Of a DNA stretch of 64,000 bases, positions 21,735-35,292 are shown one piece after another. Source of the DNA: Rhodosorus marinus CCMP1338 (Eukaryota; Plantae; Rhodophyta); the NCBI GenBank assembly GCA_029953675.1, contig JAMWBK010000010.1:186001-250000 (forward strand), given 5' to 3'. Under the pieces are notes generated by a model. That model did no database searches and was not told the DNA's origin. It saw only the letters and a program-made list of their open reading frames with translations. Position 1 is the first letter of the stretch. Each line of letters starts with the position of its first letter. The position numbers and the translations under genes are program-made.

Positions 21735-24700
21735 ATGGATGACTTTGAAACGGCAATATTGTTGAGTCTTAATCCGCTCGCGGACAAGGACGCTTATCAA
21801 CAGGCGACGCAGTTTGTTGCCAAGGTGGAGAGTGCTCACGACGGATGGCGCTTTTGTGTGGAGAGACTGGCTCAACCCGGTTATCGAGCAGAGACCAGGT
21901 TTTGGTGCCTTCAGGTCATCCTAAAGGCTGTCCAGAATGATGGACCCCTGCAGGCCAAGGACAAAGACTTGCTCAGAACCGTCGTTGTACAGTTCATTGC
22001 CGCGTTGCCGGGGCAGTCTGCTTCAATGGAGCAAAATTTTGTTGTAAATAAATCTGCACAGTTGTTCGCAGAGCTAGTCGGGCAGGATTATCCGGAGACC
22101 TGGCCTCGAGCCTTCCAGGAGGGAGTCATCCCGCTTCTGGGATCGGATGGAGGGAAGGGAATCGCTCTGTTCTTCTCGCTGCTTCAGGTCGTTGACGATG
22201 ACCTGACTTCCAAACGGGCTGCCGAGCTACATGCCACGAGATCTGTCAGAGTCAAAGACGCCATGCGAGGTGACTGTATTGAGCAGATCACCTCGACGTT
22301 CACCGCAACCCTGGCCTCCAACGACCTCCGACTAATGGCCCTGGCCCTCGATGCGATTCGCAGGTACAGCGAGTGGGTAGATATTCAGCTCGTTGTCACG
22401 GAGACACTGATCGGTCTGGTACACCAGACGCTTGGTCAAGCGGATGCAACACAGAAACCTCTAACCGCATCTGTCGCAGCAGCTCTACGTGCGATACTGG
22501 CCAAAGGCATGCCTCCGGCCCACAAGCTCGAGCTGTTGAAGCTCGTTCGTGTTGAGGACCTCCTAAAATCTCTGGCGATGCTGCACAAGGTTGAAGACGA
22601 CGTGCTTGGTCCAGAAGAAACCGATCTTTTCCTGGCCCACCCCCAACTTGAGATTGCGCGGCTCGTGAACCAGATTGCAATGGTGGCGATTGAGTGCATG
22701 TCGTACCTGAAATCTGCTCATGCTGCGCAGATCGCTGAGTCGGCACTTCCTGCCGCTCTCAGGTGAGCACCTTTCTCTTTCCAAAATCTTCGTCGCACCT
22801 CTTTTTTTCTTTTTCTGTCTGGGAACCGTTTGTCCAAACGGGCCCTGAGAACCAACCGCTCGCTTTCTGGCTTTATTGAACTAGGCTCGTAGGCGAAGAC
22901 GATGACCCAGATGTGACCGCGGAGACGATGGAGTTTATAAACCACTACATCAGACTCTGTGCGCCAAATATCGAGGCGAATCTGGGCGGTGTCACCGCAG
23001 TTGTCAACATTGTTATAGAACGTTCAATCTTCCCGCCGGAATACAATCCGTTCGACGAGACTTCCAGTTTCTTCGCCCTCCGCTCAAAGCTTATGACTCT
23101 GTTCAAGAACATCGTAAGAGCTGCACCGGGGTTGTGTATAAGTTCAGTGCGGCAGATCCTTAACGAGGAGTATTCAAATCCAGAGCCGAGTCCAGCCACA
23201 GCAGAACTCGCCTATGCGCTACTCAATCGGTGCCAATTGGTGCTCGCAAGCACGTAAGCTGGCCTGTCGACCTGGCGCTATTCTGTATAATGTGGTTTTT
23301 ACGCTTTCCCCCGCTGACCTGTCTTACAAGGTTGTTTTTCACTCAGGGAGAATGCTGATGTAGACGAGACAGTTCGCCTTGCTCTATCGACTCCCTTGAG
23401 GTGCTTGGAAGCTGCTGAGCTAGGTCGCAAGGACACGAATACAGAAGCACAGAGGACATACGCATGCTTCGCGCTCTTTACTGTAGCTTACCACGCCCAT
23501 CGGATCATCACGACTAACTCTGACATGCTGCTGCAGGTCCTCTCCCCGTACTTTGACGAGAGGGGACTTCGGCACCCAACTTCTGCCATCCATCGCAGTA
23601 AAACGGCAGATTTTCTTCTGAAATTTTTGGAAAAGGTGCGCTACAGTTCACTTCTTGGCCCAACAAGTCGTCGACTTACCCGAACTGGGGTCACGATCGG
23701 GTGTCTCGCTACAAATTCTCAAGTCTCTCAAACTGGGTTCTCTTGAATTTCTCCCCCACGTTCACAGTTGCGAGCGGTGGTGGTACAAAAGTACCTTAAC
23801 GAAGTCGTCTATGCTGTCATCACGCATGTCGGCTCTTCAACTTTGTTAACCGCCAACGATCGACTTGTACTATACGAAACGCTTGGGCTGGTGCTCGGCT
23901 TTCCAGTCCGTAAGCCTACATCAGAGCGTTCTGAAAATCTTAGGGTTGTCCTCCAGCCCCTCATCCGGGAGCTGGAGTCTTCCAAGAGCACGAGGTAAAG
24001 CACCATTGCCAAGTCCTATGCCAAGTCACCCTCTTAAGAAGTCGACTGCTTCTTGCATTTCTTGCGTCCCAGCAGGGATCCCAGCAATGGTCTCTTTGCG
24101 GTGACAGCTTTCTCACGAGTTGCCAAAGGGTTCAGCTCTTCAAAAGCAGACAAATCTGATGAAGATGGTTTGCTGAACCAACTCTGGAGAGATTGTCTCA
24201 ACGCTGTTACAGACTACTATCTCACCTTCCAGGACGACGCCGAGGTAGTAATCTCGACGTCGTGGTCAGAAACTCACGCAGCTTGCTCACATGCTCTGAC
24301 ATTTGTTTGGATTCTGCAGGTCAACAGAACCGTCGTCGTCTTCGCTCAGACGATGGTGGATACAAGCGGAGATTTGATATTATTGTACATAAAGACGCTT
24401 GTCCCGTTGTTGCTAAAGCACACCAACGGTCCGCTGGAAATTAAGAAGGTGCTGGATTTAGTCAATCAGGTTGGCGCTCAGTTCAAGGAGGATGCTTTCC
24501 TGGTTATAAATGAGATCTTCACTCCAGTTGTACGGAAGACCTTTGCATATTCTGTCACGGTATGTGCAAATAAACTGCACAGATCGATAAGCGCGACTAC
24601 GACGATTGTATCTACAGTCGTCCTAGAGGTCGTCATAGATATTCACTCAAATATTCTTTTCTGCTCCAAGGACGCATCAAACCGAAGCGAAGAAACACGA

Positions 24701-25532
24701 GAGACGCAGGAACTGAGGAGGACGTTTCTCTCTGTAGTCCACGGGTTCCTCACTCGAAATCTTCAAACCGTCTTAACCTCTCCGGAAAACCTTGCGATTC
24801 TGGAGGTGGTCATTTCAGCCTATCTTGAAGGAGCTAGCGGGAATCAGTTTGACCTCAATTCAGCACCCAGTGTTATAAAGCTAAGCTTCCAGACGCTGAC
24901 GAAGATGGTAGGTGGAGAGGCCAAAAGCCAGGGCTAGTTCGTTTCAAAGCGTTGCTCGACTCTTAAAACGTTTTCCGCCGCTTTCGTCCCGAAAAAGGTA
25001 TCTCTGTGGACTAAAGATCCAAACACTGGGCAGCAAACAGATGTAACTGGCTTCAGAGAGTTCGTAGTAGAAAAGCTATCTGGTGTATGTATATCTGCCC
25101 CACTGGAGAGCCAGTACTTTTTCCAGCATGGGTTCAATACCGTTCAAGCGGAGAAAGCGTTGGCGGAGATTGTCGTACTCCAAAAGGTGAGTCTTAGAGT
25201 GCAAGGTGGGCGACAATCGCTTCGGGCGTTCCGATCGTTCGCTGAGGGGGGGCTTCCCACTGTTTGCTCGACATCGAGTCAAGGCATACTCACTTTGGTT
25301 TGGTGTGGATATTCTACGCTCTGTTTGCGGTTAGTTGTGTGTGGAACGGTGCGGTGCGGCGTTTAGTTTGAAGCTGGCGAAGGATGTGCTTCCAATGTTT
25401 GGGCTTTCGGTTGAACTGTCTGAAGAATATGGTCAGCGTGTGATGAGCGACGATATGAAAACGCTTGGAAGGGACTTTGTAGGACTTCTTCAGGAGCTGA
25501 GGAAGATAATTCAGGGACGAAGATTGCATTGA
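21735..25532 (+). CDS. XPOT: Exportin-T (tRNA exportin; PAUSED/Los1 family), multi-exon
   Basis: MDDFETAILLS...RFWCLQVI, YPETWPRAF, RVKDAMR, RRYSEWVDIQLV, YFDERGLRHP and HEAT-like exons across 3.8 kb. Confidence 0.85.
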
Positions 25533-25859
25533 TCACGTTGCCCCTAAAGCGGGGGCAGTAGCAGTGTGCTGCTTCTTTTGCTCTGGTGAAGAGTTTTTTG
25601 TAACTTTTAACTTTCATCAATAGTCGACGGGCAGGGTTTCGCTTCAGTTGGTCGTTCTGAATGGCCCAAACAGCCGCGATTCTCAAGTTTTTTCACTTTC
25701 CGGCCGTCTGATTCCAATCAGCCGCTGGAAGTTTAGGAAAGCTTATCCACTATGGGATCCAGTCGACAAAAACAAAATCAAATGCGACCAAAAAACACGC
25801 CAGCCATAATGATCAGACTTGTTACGTAGCATACGGATCACTCTCAGCGGCTTCTTTCT

Positions 25860-26411
25860 CTACTTATTTGCGATGAGTATAAGTATTCCTTGAGCTCCAA
25901 CAGTGAGCTCCTGCACAAAGCTTGCGAAGAAAACCCAGATCACAGGAGAGATATCTACACCGCCCACCGGCGGTACAACTTTTCTTGTTCCCTGCGGCAT
26001 GGAAAAAGCACGCAATGAATCCATAAACGATGAGCGAGCGCTCCAGGTACGATCCACTGTATTCTTTTTCGAGCGTTTTTGTATTCAGGCGTCATAGGTT
26101 ACCTTCAGAAGTGGCTCTGTAGGAACAACAATGTAGATCCAAGGTGCTTTCGCAACATCGACTTGAGGATACCAAGACAGAATAATCCTTGTCACCATCA
26201 TAACATTAAAAATATTCAAACCAATTCCACAGAATGTTGTTGCCATCGGAAGCCAGATTGGTGATTCGGCAAGGGTCATGGAAGCTCCTCCCAGATCACC
26301 CATCAAACTACGCGTACTGATCGCAGCAGTTCTTCCACGGGTCTTACGAACACCTCGAGTAAAAGGCCTCGTTCTACCGAGCACCCCAGATCCAACAAAA
26401 CCAATCGACAT
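25860..26411 (-). CDS. CCB3: YggT-family cytochrome b6 heme-attachment factor CCB3, plastid-targeted, 2 exons
   Basis: RIILSWYPQ....PW....PTEPLL..T/RKVVPPVGGVDISPVIW...SF..E..VGAQG.L matches CCB3. An R/T/S-rich transit-like N-terminus precedes it. Confidence 0.85.
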
Positions 26412-26927
26412 CGTGAGAGAAAAACAAGTTCCAAGTTGGATCGATCCTGGAAACGATAGAACAGCAATCCTCAACACTATTGCCCACCACCTCTGGAACA
26501 ACTGGTCAGCTACTTGTCCCCTTTCTGAGCCAGTAAAGGCACCCGCCCTTCCCCTCTTCAACGTGGAAGGCAATAGGCATCGTCCAAGTCAAAATCTGGG
26601 CCTCATCTTTGCCGACGGATTGGGGGAGCTTGTGGTGCAGGACGATGCCGAGGCTGGCGAGACAAAGAGCGACATAGCGCAACTCCAGGCTTTCATCTAT
26701 GACTGAGAAGGCTTGTCACAATGTATATGCTGAGAAGCTGAGGAGCTGAAGAGCTGAAGAGCTGAAGAGGGTGCCTTGGACTCTCAACTAATTGCCCGCC
26801 GACTCAGAAGGGACCAATTGATTTCTTGAATTTTCGGGTTGTTTCCGTTTACCTGATGACCTGTGCTTTCATGCGAGGTCCGGTTGGTTTAGATTGGGTT
26901 GGCTTGGGCAGCTTGCTGAAAAGGTTG

Positions 26928-27014
26928 CATGACCCTTGCTGTGGCACACCAGTCTGGCTTCCGGTGGCAACAACATTCTCTGAAGCAAGTTTGAATATTT
27001 TTAATGTTATGATG
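26928..27014 (+). repeat. Inverted partial copy of CCB3 coding sequence just 3' of the SAM synthetase stop
   Basis: 26947-27014 matches the reverse complement of 26196-26263 at 60/68 nt. An extra shared CATGACCCTTGC lies at 26928-26939. Confidence 0.9.
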
Positions 27015-27018
27015 TACT

Positions 27019-28607
27019 TCAATACTCCAGCTTCTTCGGGCTTTCCCACGTAAAGTCTGGGTCCTCTCGTCCAAAATGCCCGTAAGCAGACGTCTTGTGA
27101 TAAATGGGCCGGAGGAGGTTCAAGTCCTGGATGATGTGCCCCGGGCGAAGGTTGAAGTTCTTCTTCACAATTTCCAGCAGCTCAGCATCTGACTTCTTTC
27201 CAGTGCCATAGCTGTCGACAAAGACGGACGTTGGGTCGGCAATTCCAATTCCGTAACTGACCTGCACAAGGCACCTGGCAGCTAGTCCAGCGGCGACGAT
27301 GCTCTTCGCCACCCATCTCGCGGCGTACGCTGCGGATCGGTCCACCTAGTCCATTCGCGCGAGCACGGGCAATGTATTAGTTCCAGGGTTCCTCGAAAGG
27401 CAACACGTAGCACCTGTCTGCTGGACACAGTCCGTACCTTCGTGGGATCCTTTCCGGAGAAAGCTCCGCCTCCATGAGCTCCCCATCCTCCGTAGGTGTC
27501 GATGATGATCTTCCGTCCGGTGAGACCCGCGTCTCCCTCGGGACCTCCAATCGTGAATTCTCCGCTAGGGTTGAGGAAGTACTTTGTGTCCGGGGTGAGG
27601 TACTTCTCCGGAACAACTTCACGAATAACATGCTCCATCAAGTCCGCTCGGATCTGCTCGTTGGACACTTCTGGTGTGTGTTGGGTCGAAATCAGGATTG
27701 TGTCCACTTTGATTGGTGTGAGAAATCCACCTGCATACGATACGTTCGCGGGATCCAAGGAGTCAATTTCAAGTGCTCCTTTTTCTCTAGTGTCTCTGAC
27801 CTCCAGCCTATTATTGAATCTCACCATCTCTTCTGTACTCCATAGTAACCTGGGTCTTTCCATCCGGGCGGACCCACGGAAGAATACCCTGCTTGCGAAC
27901 CTCGGTGAGTCGGTAGCCAAGTTTCGTCGCAAGTGCGTGAGTGAGTGGCATCAGAGTGTCGGACTCATTAGTGGCGTAGCCGAACATAATTCCTTGGTCC
28001 CCAGCTCCGACCTCCATGTCCTCTTTTCCTTCATGTACAGTAGCAGCGATCTGGTTGCTCTGCTCGTGGATCTCCTGCTGGACTCTGCAAGTCTTGAAAT
28101 CGAGCCCCTTCGCTACATCATCAAATCCGATGTTTTCTACGACCCCCCTGATAACCTTCTCGTAATCCACCTGAATAAGCGGAACGCCGAAACCGAGCAA
28201 AGCGTATGGTTAGTACTCTAACGGCGGAGCCTGAGGACTATAACTCCAAACATAAAATGTGCACACTTACCGACGCTGACGTCGAGATCTCTCCAAATGC
28301 CATCACCAGTCCCGTCTTGCTCGCCGCCTCACACGCAACCTTGACAATGTACAGAAACGAGTGGAAGAAAGTGAGAAACCAGAGCACAACTTAGTCGCTT
28401 GCAGATGTCCGAAACATCGACGAAACGCCGTCGCCGACCAAATCTGCATTAAAGCCGACCGACGACACTTACCTTCGAATGCGGGTCCTGCTCAAGGCAA
28501 GCATCCAAAATCGCGTCGGACACCTGATCACAAAGCTTGTCAGGATGCCCCTCATTCACAGACTCAGACGTAAACAAGAACGTCACCTCGTTCGATTGCT
28601 GACCCAT
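27019..28607 (-). CDS. MAT: S-adenosylmethionine synthetase, multi-exon
   Basis: [100 protein letters not shown]. Confidence 0.97.
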
Positions 28608-30788
28608 CTTGCCGCAAAGCCAATTAGCACAGTCACCCAAAAAATAAAAAATAGAAATATTAAAACCCTCGCCAAGTCAATCCCCCAAAAATCCTATTAA
28701 AAACACCCCCCAACCCCACCCCGCCCCCTAAACTACTCTCCTCCTCCTCCTCCTACGCTACACCGTATCCTAACACTCTCTCACAGGCTCACATAGACCT
28801 CTCCAATGCCTCCCCTTCCGCTGCGCCCCACCAGCACCCCACCCCACCACACCGATCCGCAGCATCAGCGCTCAACAAAAGTGCTTCCCGTACGGAAGAC
28901 TCAATATGCTCAAACTCAGCGAGCGCGAGGGCTGGGTCTCCTTATCAAACCCCCCTCCCCTCGTCCCCCTTCTCTCCAAAACCCCTTTTATTTCGGCTGT
29001 TCTGAGGGGGGGGAATGGACTCTATCCCCCCCAGACACACCAAGCCCGATTTTTCTAGCCACAAATTGTATCCTGCTTCCCCCCCTTAGGGTTCCTATCA
29101 GTTGTGTCGTTGGATGAATTTCTTAAATTACAAAGTATATTTTTCATTTATTTGGTTCAAACGGTTTGCAGGGTCACTAAAGTGACTTGGGGGTTAGTCA
29201 ATATTGATGTTGATTTTGCGGCCGTTCATTTTGAAGGAAAATATGTGAAGCAGTCCCCGGTCGACAAATGAAATCGCAAAGACGTGAAGACCTTCAAATT
29301 TCTTCAAAAAACCTCGACTAGAATTTCCAACAAAAGCCGAAGAGACCCCGACCCCGAAACTTCGGTGTTCACTACCTGCTCCCCAGTAGTGAAAGGGAGG
29401 GGAGAGCAGGGGAGGGGAGGGGAGGGGAGGGGAGGGGGAGGGAGGGGAGAGCCGTTGCTGGACGGGAAGGAATCTGGATATTTATTACCAAAATATTTCA
29501 TAGCATTTTGTTCCATTCCGTCGTGGACGAAATTCTTGTAGGGGGGGTTAATCCAAGTCTGTAGAGTACAGACTGAGGACATTCGTGGCTGGCGCGGGGA
29601 AAGCGGAAGGATTTGGCCGCGGCTGAATGAACACAAAGCAGCAGCAGTCGTTTTATTTACACAAAACATGAATGACATCCCATTCGATAAACTGGAGGTT
29701 TGTTTATCATTATTAAATAGACTCAATTCTTTATTATTCACAGAATACTTGAATAGGTCTTTGTGAATAGTGAAAATGTTTCAAAGGGGTCAGATCAATT
29801 CTGCATCAAACTTCAACGTACTTTCTGGGGGTTGGCCAAAATGGAAACCTCGATACAACCAATACCAGATTACAATAATTATTAACATTTTTCTATTTTC
29901 ATGTCGAACTCGAGGGGGTAAATCGAATAGATGCAGATCCCGATTCGGTGAGGAGAACAGGGAGGGTGGGATGCGGGAGTTCGTCTTTTTGCAGATGGCG
30001 AGTAAGGGGTAGGGGAGGCGGAAGAGCGATTTATTCTTTTCTTTTTTTGCTTCCTTAGTTTAAGACATGTTTTTGCAAGCGGTGGACATTTAAGGTCGAA
30101 CCGAGAAATGCGTAAAAACGATACCAAAAAGGTCGAGTTTTGTTTTTCCTTCTTTTGATTTGAGCCTAGAGGAGGGATCGCGTTTGTGCGGATGAATTCC
30201 GCGCAAACAGGATCAGCCCTATCGGCATGTTTCTCTTTTTCAGGGTTGTTTCTTAGACGTTTGTACATCTAATTTTTCAGTTTCGAGTCCAATCAGTGAA
30301 GGACTTGCAAGGCGCTGGCGGGCTCGTAGTATGTCGTAAGACTGAGTATTGAATGGACTCGATCCATGTGACCAGCACTGTTAGCCGCCCGTCTTCGCAT
30401 TCTATTCTTACGTCTGATGTCCCTCTGCCTGTTGGAGAATATCTATTTATGGCGGTGTGTTTGGAGTATGAATGTCAAGCTAGTTCCAAGGCGAGCTGGG
30501 AAAAGTATCGAGCTGCGTTCAGTATGATTGTCCGACAGTCAGCAGAACCGATCAACCGCAGATGATAAGCTAGCGTCGAATTGCGCAGTTTTATATGTTA
30601 CGGTTTCCTAATGTTTGATATCGATTTGACGGCACGTCCTGTCTGCGACAGCCGTTTCCTGGCATTCGTGACATCTGCGATATGTTTCAGAGAAAGGGCT
30701 TCGCGAGCCAACGCTCTCCGGGTTACGGCACAACTGTCGAATGAGCCCCGTCACGGGCACGCCGAAGCTCGTTCCGTTCCGCCCGACC

Positions 30789-32009
30789 TTAGCTGTCCAG
30801 CTTCACTACTTCACTACGGTCGACGTACCCGCTTCCGTCTAGATCCAATTCGTCAAATCTCCCCAGAATTTCGTCAAGGTCGTTCTTCTGAACCTGTTTA
30901 CCAGAGCGAGTAGATAGACGTAGCGAGGGTGAATACCAGGGAATACTTCGGGTCCGGCAGAAGACTTTTCGTGACCTACCAGGTCCATTCTCTCTAGCAT
31001 GCTCACGAGAAACTCGGCCTTGGTGATCCTGCCGTCTTGGTCCGAGTCCATTTGTCGAAAGTCTCCTGTGCTTGTCAAGGCACTCTCCAAGACGCTGTCA
31101 ATGAACCGCTGCTGGTTCTTGGCAGCAAACGCAGCGGAGAAGTCTCCAATGACCTAAGGAGGTATCAAGGCGTGTATTGTAAGCAGGCTCGCTCGGAGGA
31201 CTGTAATCTGAGTAGATGACAAACCTTGGCAAGCCCAATCGTGGAGAACACAAGCCACACGGAGGTGAAAAGCTCGGCTCTCGCTGTGGGTTCTATTGTC
31301 AGATCTCCGTATCCGACGGTACTGCTACTAATCGTTGTGACGTAAAGCGCGTCGACGAGACTTTTCTTCTGGTCGAACACGAAGAATCCGAGTCCAATCA
31401 CAAAGACAAGTGCGAAGAATGCCAGAGATTGAAGTGCCTCAGAGAAAACCCCCTCCTCCGGTTCCTCTTTTCCCTGCTCACCATCAAATCGCCTGAAAAC
31501 GTAACAAGAAGGTTTAGCATGCCGATCAGATTGCGCTTACGTAGTTTGCACCTTGCTGCGGAGGAACTGAACTGCATCCAAGGCGTCCAAGGTGTGTCCT
31601 ACCTCGATAGCACGTTGGTCAAATGCTCGGCTTGTTTCTCAATAACCCCTTCAACGACACCGGAGAGATATGTCGCAATCGCTGAAATAGCGCAGATGAC
31701 ATACGCGACAATGAACAACTTTGAGGCCGAATCTAGCGGATAGAAATCTCCGTAACCGACCGTCGTTATTGTCACAATGCAGAAGTACAATGCTTTTGAG
31801 AACGACCATCCAAAACGGGCCATAAAAAATGCCACTCCGACAAATATGAACAGCACCGAGAATGCCAGGGGCTTCAACCACGGGATCCGGTCCGCCGGAC
31901 TCCCCCTTTCCGGAGGCATACTAACCTTGGCAAACGATTTAATAAGATTGGCTCCATACGCCTTCGAAATCTCAGGTTGACCACTCAAAAGCGCGGAGCT
32001 CTCGCTCAT
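30789..32009 (-). CDS. Two-pore (TPK/KCO-type) potassium channel with C-terminal EF-hands, multi-exon
   Basis: Two pore loops (TITTVGYGD, SSSTVGYGD) with flanking TM helices, and EF-hand loops DSDQDGRITKAE and DLDGSGYVDRSE. Stop TAA at 30789-30791. Confidence 0.88.
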
Positions 32010-32522
32010 ATCGACTTGCCTCGCGCTCCCCAGAAAATTTTCAACTCAGATTGCACACGGAATCATGACTTCACCCACTCGTCCATCCCATGTTCAACTC
32101 GTTTAGTACAAACGGGAACCGGCTTCCGGGGACTCGGGAGAGGTTTTGCCGAAGCCAATGGAACACCGCGAGACGGGAATCGATTCCAATGGCGACTATG
32201 GAAAAGTCCTGACGTGATCCTGGAGAGCACTAGTACAAGGTTGTTTCATCACTCATGTACACAGGACTGCACATCTGGTCCAAAGGTTGGCATCGCAACT
32301 CGCTGAGACTTGCCGCAAATCTGCAGAGATACAGTCCGAAATCAAGGGAACTATCTCGTGGATAAATACGAAAAACTGAAGGTAACGCTTTCTCCTAGCT
32401 CAAGACTATGAACCTCTGCGTGCCCCCGACTCAGTCCTCCCGTGCCAGCAATCGATTGCTCACTGCACATCTGACGAATGTGAAAACACGCTTTTTAAGC
32501 ACAAGGGAAAACACTATCCCGG

Positions 32523-33187
32523 GTTGTAACCTGTGCGGTAGCCACGTGCCGTGCGGTGAATTCGGTGGACACCTGTTGGCATCCTGTCCGCAGGTCCAAG
32601 GGGCCCGGACTCGTCGGCATACGCGGCTCAACCGGTTGCTGTTTTGCTATCTTCGTTCCCAGATGCTGGACACGGACCGGGAGGTGGAGTATGAGGTCCC
32701 TCTGAACGTGGCCACGGCAATTACTGATACGGCTGACGCACCAGGGGTGCAGCGGGTGGCGGATCTAGTTGTGACTGATCTCAGCGCCCGTCGGAGTGAG
32801 TACGTTGACCTTTCTATTCCTTGTCCTCAGGCGACCAGATACCTACCCGCATCTGCACGCTGCCGTCGCGCTGCGGCTCGGTCAATGCGGCAACTGAAGG
32901 AGTCCCATTACGCTGCAGCTATGTTGGACTCTACGCTCCACGATTCGGTCTTGTCCTACCGGTTTGTTCCACCCATCATCGAGTGCTTTGGTTTAGTTGA
33001 TTGTATCGGCTCTCGCTGGCTTCGTGGGCTCTTTCGTCACAGCCCAAGTCGTCTTGCTAGCCTCCTCACGGAGCTGTCCTAGACCTTATGGCGTTCCAAC
33101 GCGGCTTACTGTTCGACGCGCGTCATCAGCGTCTTGTTTCTCGCTTCTTAGGGTAGTTAGGCTATGATAAACTGATGATGATGATGA
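32523..33187 (+). mobile_element. 5'-truncated CRE-like element, family B (CCHC + REL), ending GGGTAGTTAGGCTATGATAAAC(TGA)5
   Basis: CNLC..H...C knuckle, RRHTRL, VADLVV, YVDLSIPCP, FVPPIIECFG. The (TGA)n tail is at 33173-33187. Confidence 0.88.
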
Positions 33188-35120
33188 GTACATTGACCTC
33201 TCCATCTCTTGTCCTCAGGCGACCAGGTACCTGCCTGCGTCCTCTCGGCGTCGAGGAGCTGCAGCTCGGTCCATGCGGCATGTGAAAGAATCGCAGTACG
33301 CGGCAGCCATGTCTAACCCTACCTTCAGATCCGTTTATTCAGAAGCTAACTACCCTGAGAAGCGAGAGACAAGACGCTGATGACGCGCGTCCACAAGCAA
33401 AGCAGAATTGGAGCGCCACAGGGTCAAAGAAAGGTCCGTGAGCAGACTATCTAAACGCCCTGGGTCGTTGCGAAACAGAGCTCACAGCGCGAGAACCTAC
33501 ACTATCTATCAAGCCAAAGCACTCAATAATGAGGGGGACGAAGCGGTATGTCACCGCCGAATCGCGAAAGGTAGGGTTTGACATCGCTGCCGCGTACTGC
33601 GAATCTTTCACTTGCCGCATGGACCGAGCTGCAGCTCCCCGACGCCGAGCCGACGCAGGCAGGTACCTGGTCACCTGAGGACAAGGGATGGAGAGGTCAA
33701 TGTACTCACTGCGACGCGCATTGAGGTCAGTCACGACGAGATCCGCCACCCGCTGTACCGCTAGGGGGTCACTCTCATCAGCAATTTCCGATGCCACCGC
33801 CAGAGGGACCTCATACTCCACTTCTCGGTCCGTACCGAGGGATTGAGAACGAAGGTAGCGGAAAAGCAAGCGGTTGAGCCGCGTATGGCGTCTGGTCCGG
33901 GCCCCTTGAACCTCCGCACAAGACGCCAACAGATGCGCAACATAATCACCCCACGGCACATTGGCCCCGCACAATGCGCATCGAGAATCCCGCTCAACAG
34001 GCCAAGGGGGTTGCGGCAAGCCCAGGTAAAGTCGTAAGCTTACACGAAGTTCGAGATCGGTAAGCGCCAACCGCGGATACGCAGGTATGACTGTGAAGAA
34101 ACGGGAGCTGAGACTCCCCCCCAAACCGCGCAGGCGAGCCAAAGTCGACACCGAGCACGAAGGTAAACTCAGAAGGGTGGCATACGAGTCCCGATGTATG
34201 TCCCACGAAAGGGTTTTTTGGATTACATCGGTCCTCGAAGGGGAGGGGCCCGACCGGGAAACGCCCTCCTCTGGCGGTCTCGACGGCACAGCCACGGCGT
34301 CAATATCCTCGGCAGTTTCTACACCACTACCAACACACGGTGCTGTGGCAGAGACTCCCGAACGCTGGCCACCGAGGGAGTCAAGAACTGCCGCCCAGGA
34401 ATCGCAACGAGCCTGGGTACCACTCGGCAGGGCGGTACATTGTTGAAAAGCGGCCACCAGTTCCGCAAAAACCCTCCCGAGCCGTGGAGCGAGAGCACCG
34501 TCTAGCCGCCCAACCCGAAGTCCACTCAACAAACCACTCACATGCGGATCACACTCCATAGACCATGTATTAAGCGCATTGGCCCACGAACTCACCACAG
34601 CCGCCGGCTGGATCGCCGCGTAAGATCCCACAGCCAGCCCGCCCAGCCGCACGGGCAACGCGATCTGCCGGTGAAGGACGTCCTTTTCTGCATCCACCAG
34701 CGTGCCTAGCACGTCCCTCGCTCGTCGGTCTGCGCGGAGCGCCAGCCAAGACCCCCACTCGGAGGGTAGCTGCCGCAAAAAATAGGTCAACCTCTGGCAC
34801 GCGCTGAACCGGAAGATGAGCCGAGCGGTCTGGAGGTAGCCTTCTGGGAGACTGCACAGCTCAGTCAGGAGCTCATCATGATGACTCAGGAGCGCGGAGA
34901 GGCTGCGTTCAACAAATATCGGAGTGCCTACGGGGACACCGAACAGAAGGAAACCCTCAGCTCGCCAAATACCTCGGAACCTGGATGGAACCGCGTCCGC
35001 GGTGCAGTGAGACCCCCCCCCCCAGAAGTCGCACTTGGCGTGGTTGATACGCAGCCCCACCAAGGAAGCCACCTCGCCGAGAAAATCGTAGGTCGGCACC
35101 TTTCGCGATTCGGCGGTTAC
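33188..35120 (-). mobile_element. Family A element (33328-35097, minus, 1.77 kb, post-RT region + CCHC + REL) nested in a short plus-strand family A piece
   Basis: ORF 33447-35099 encodes the region from just after the RT catalytic motif through CCHC and REL. The 3' end reads CTCTG/CTTCTGAATAAACGGATC. The host piece breaks at ACCTTC (33321-33326) and resumes at ACCTTTCGCGATTCGG (35098-). Confidence 0.88.
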
Positions 35121-35191
35121 GGTAGCCTACGTGCAATAGTACAAAGCGTACGAGCAATGTACAAAGACTCAGCACGTCAGACATCGACGGG

Positions 35192-35292
35192 ACTGTAGCG
35201 CGTCATCTACGGTCCGTTTATTCAGAGACACCGGCGCTTGTCTCTCGCTTCTCAGGGTAGACAGGCTCTGAATAAACGGATCGAACTGTAGC
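35192..35292. mobile_element. Tiny composite of family A 3' ends (15-nt antisense end + ~50-nt sense end)
   Basis: TCCGTTTATTCAGAG (35213-35227) and CTCTGAATAAACGGA (35266-35280) are inverted. ACTGTAGC occurs at 35192-35199 and 35285-35292. Confidence 0.7.

Noticed and set aside
26728-26770. GCTGAAGA x3 tandem
   Set aside because: Short simple repeat upstream of CCB3 with no evidence of function.
29304-30268. ORFs and a (GGGGA)n tract between SAMS and TPK
   Set aside because: Low-complexity intergenic sequence with no protein-like composition. The G-run could form a G-quadruplex but nothing else supports a function.
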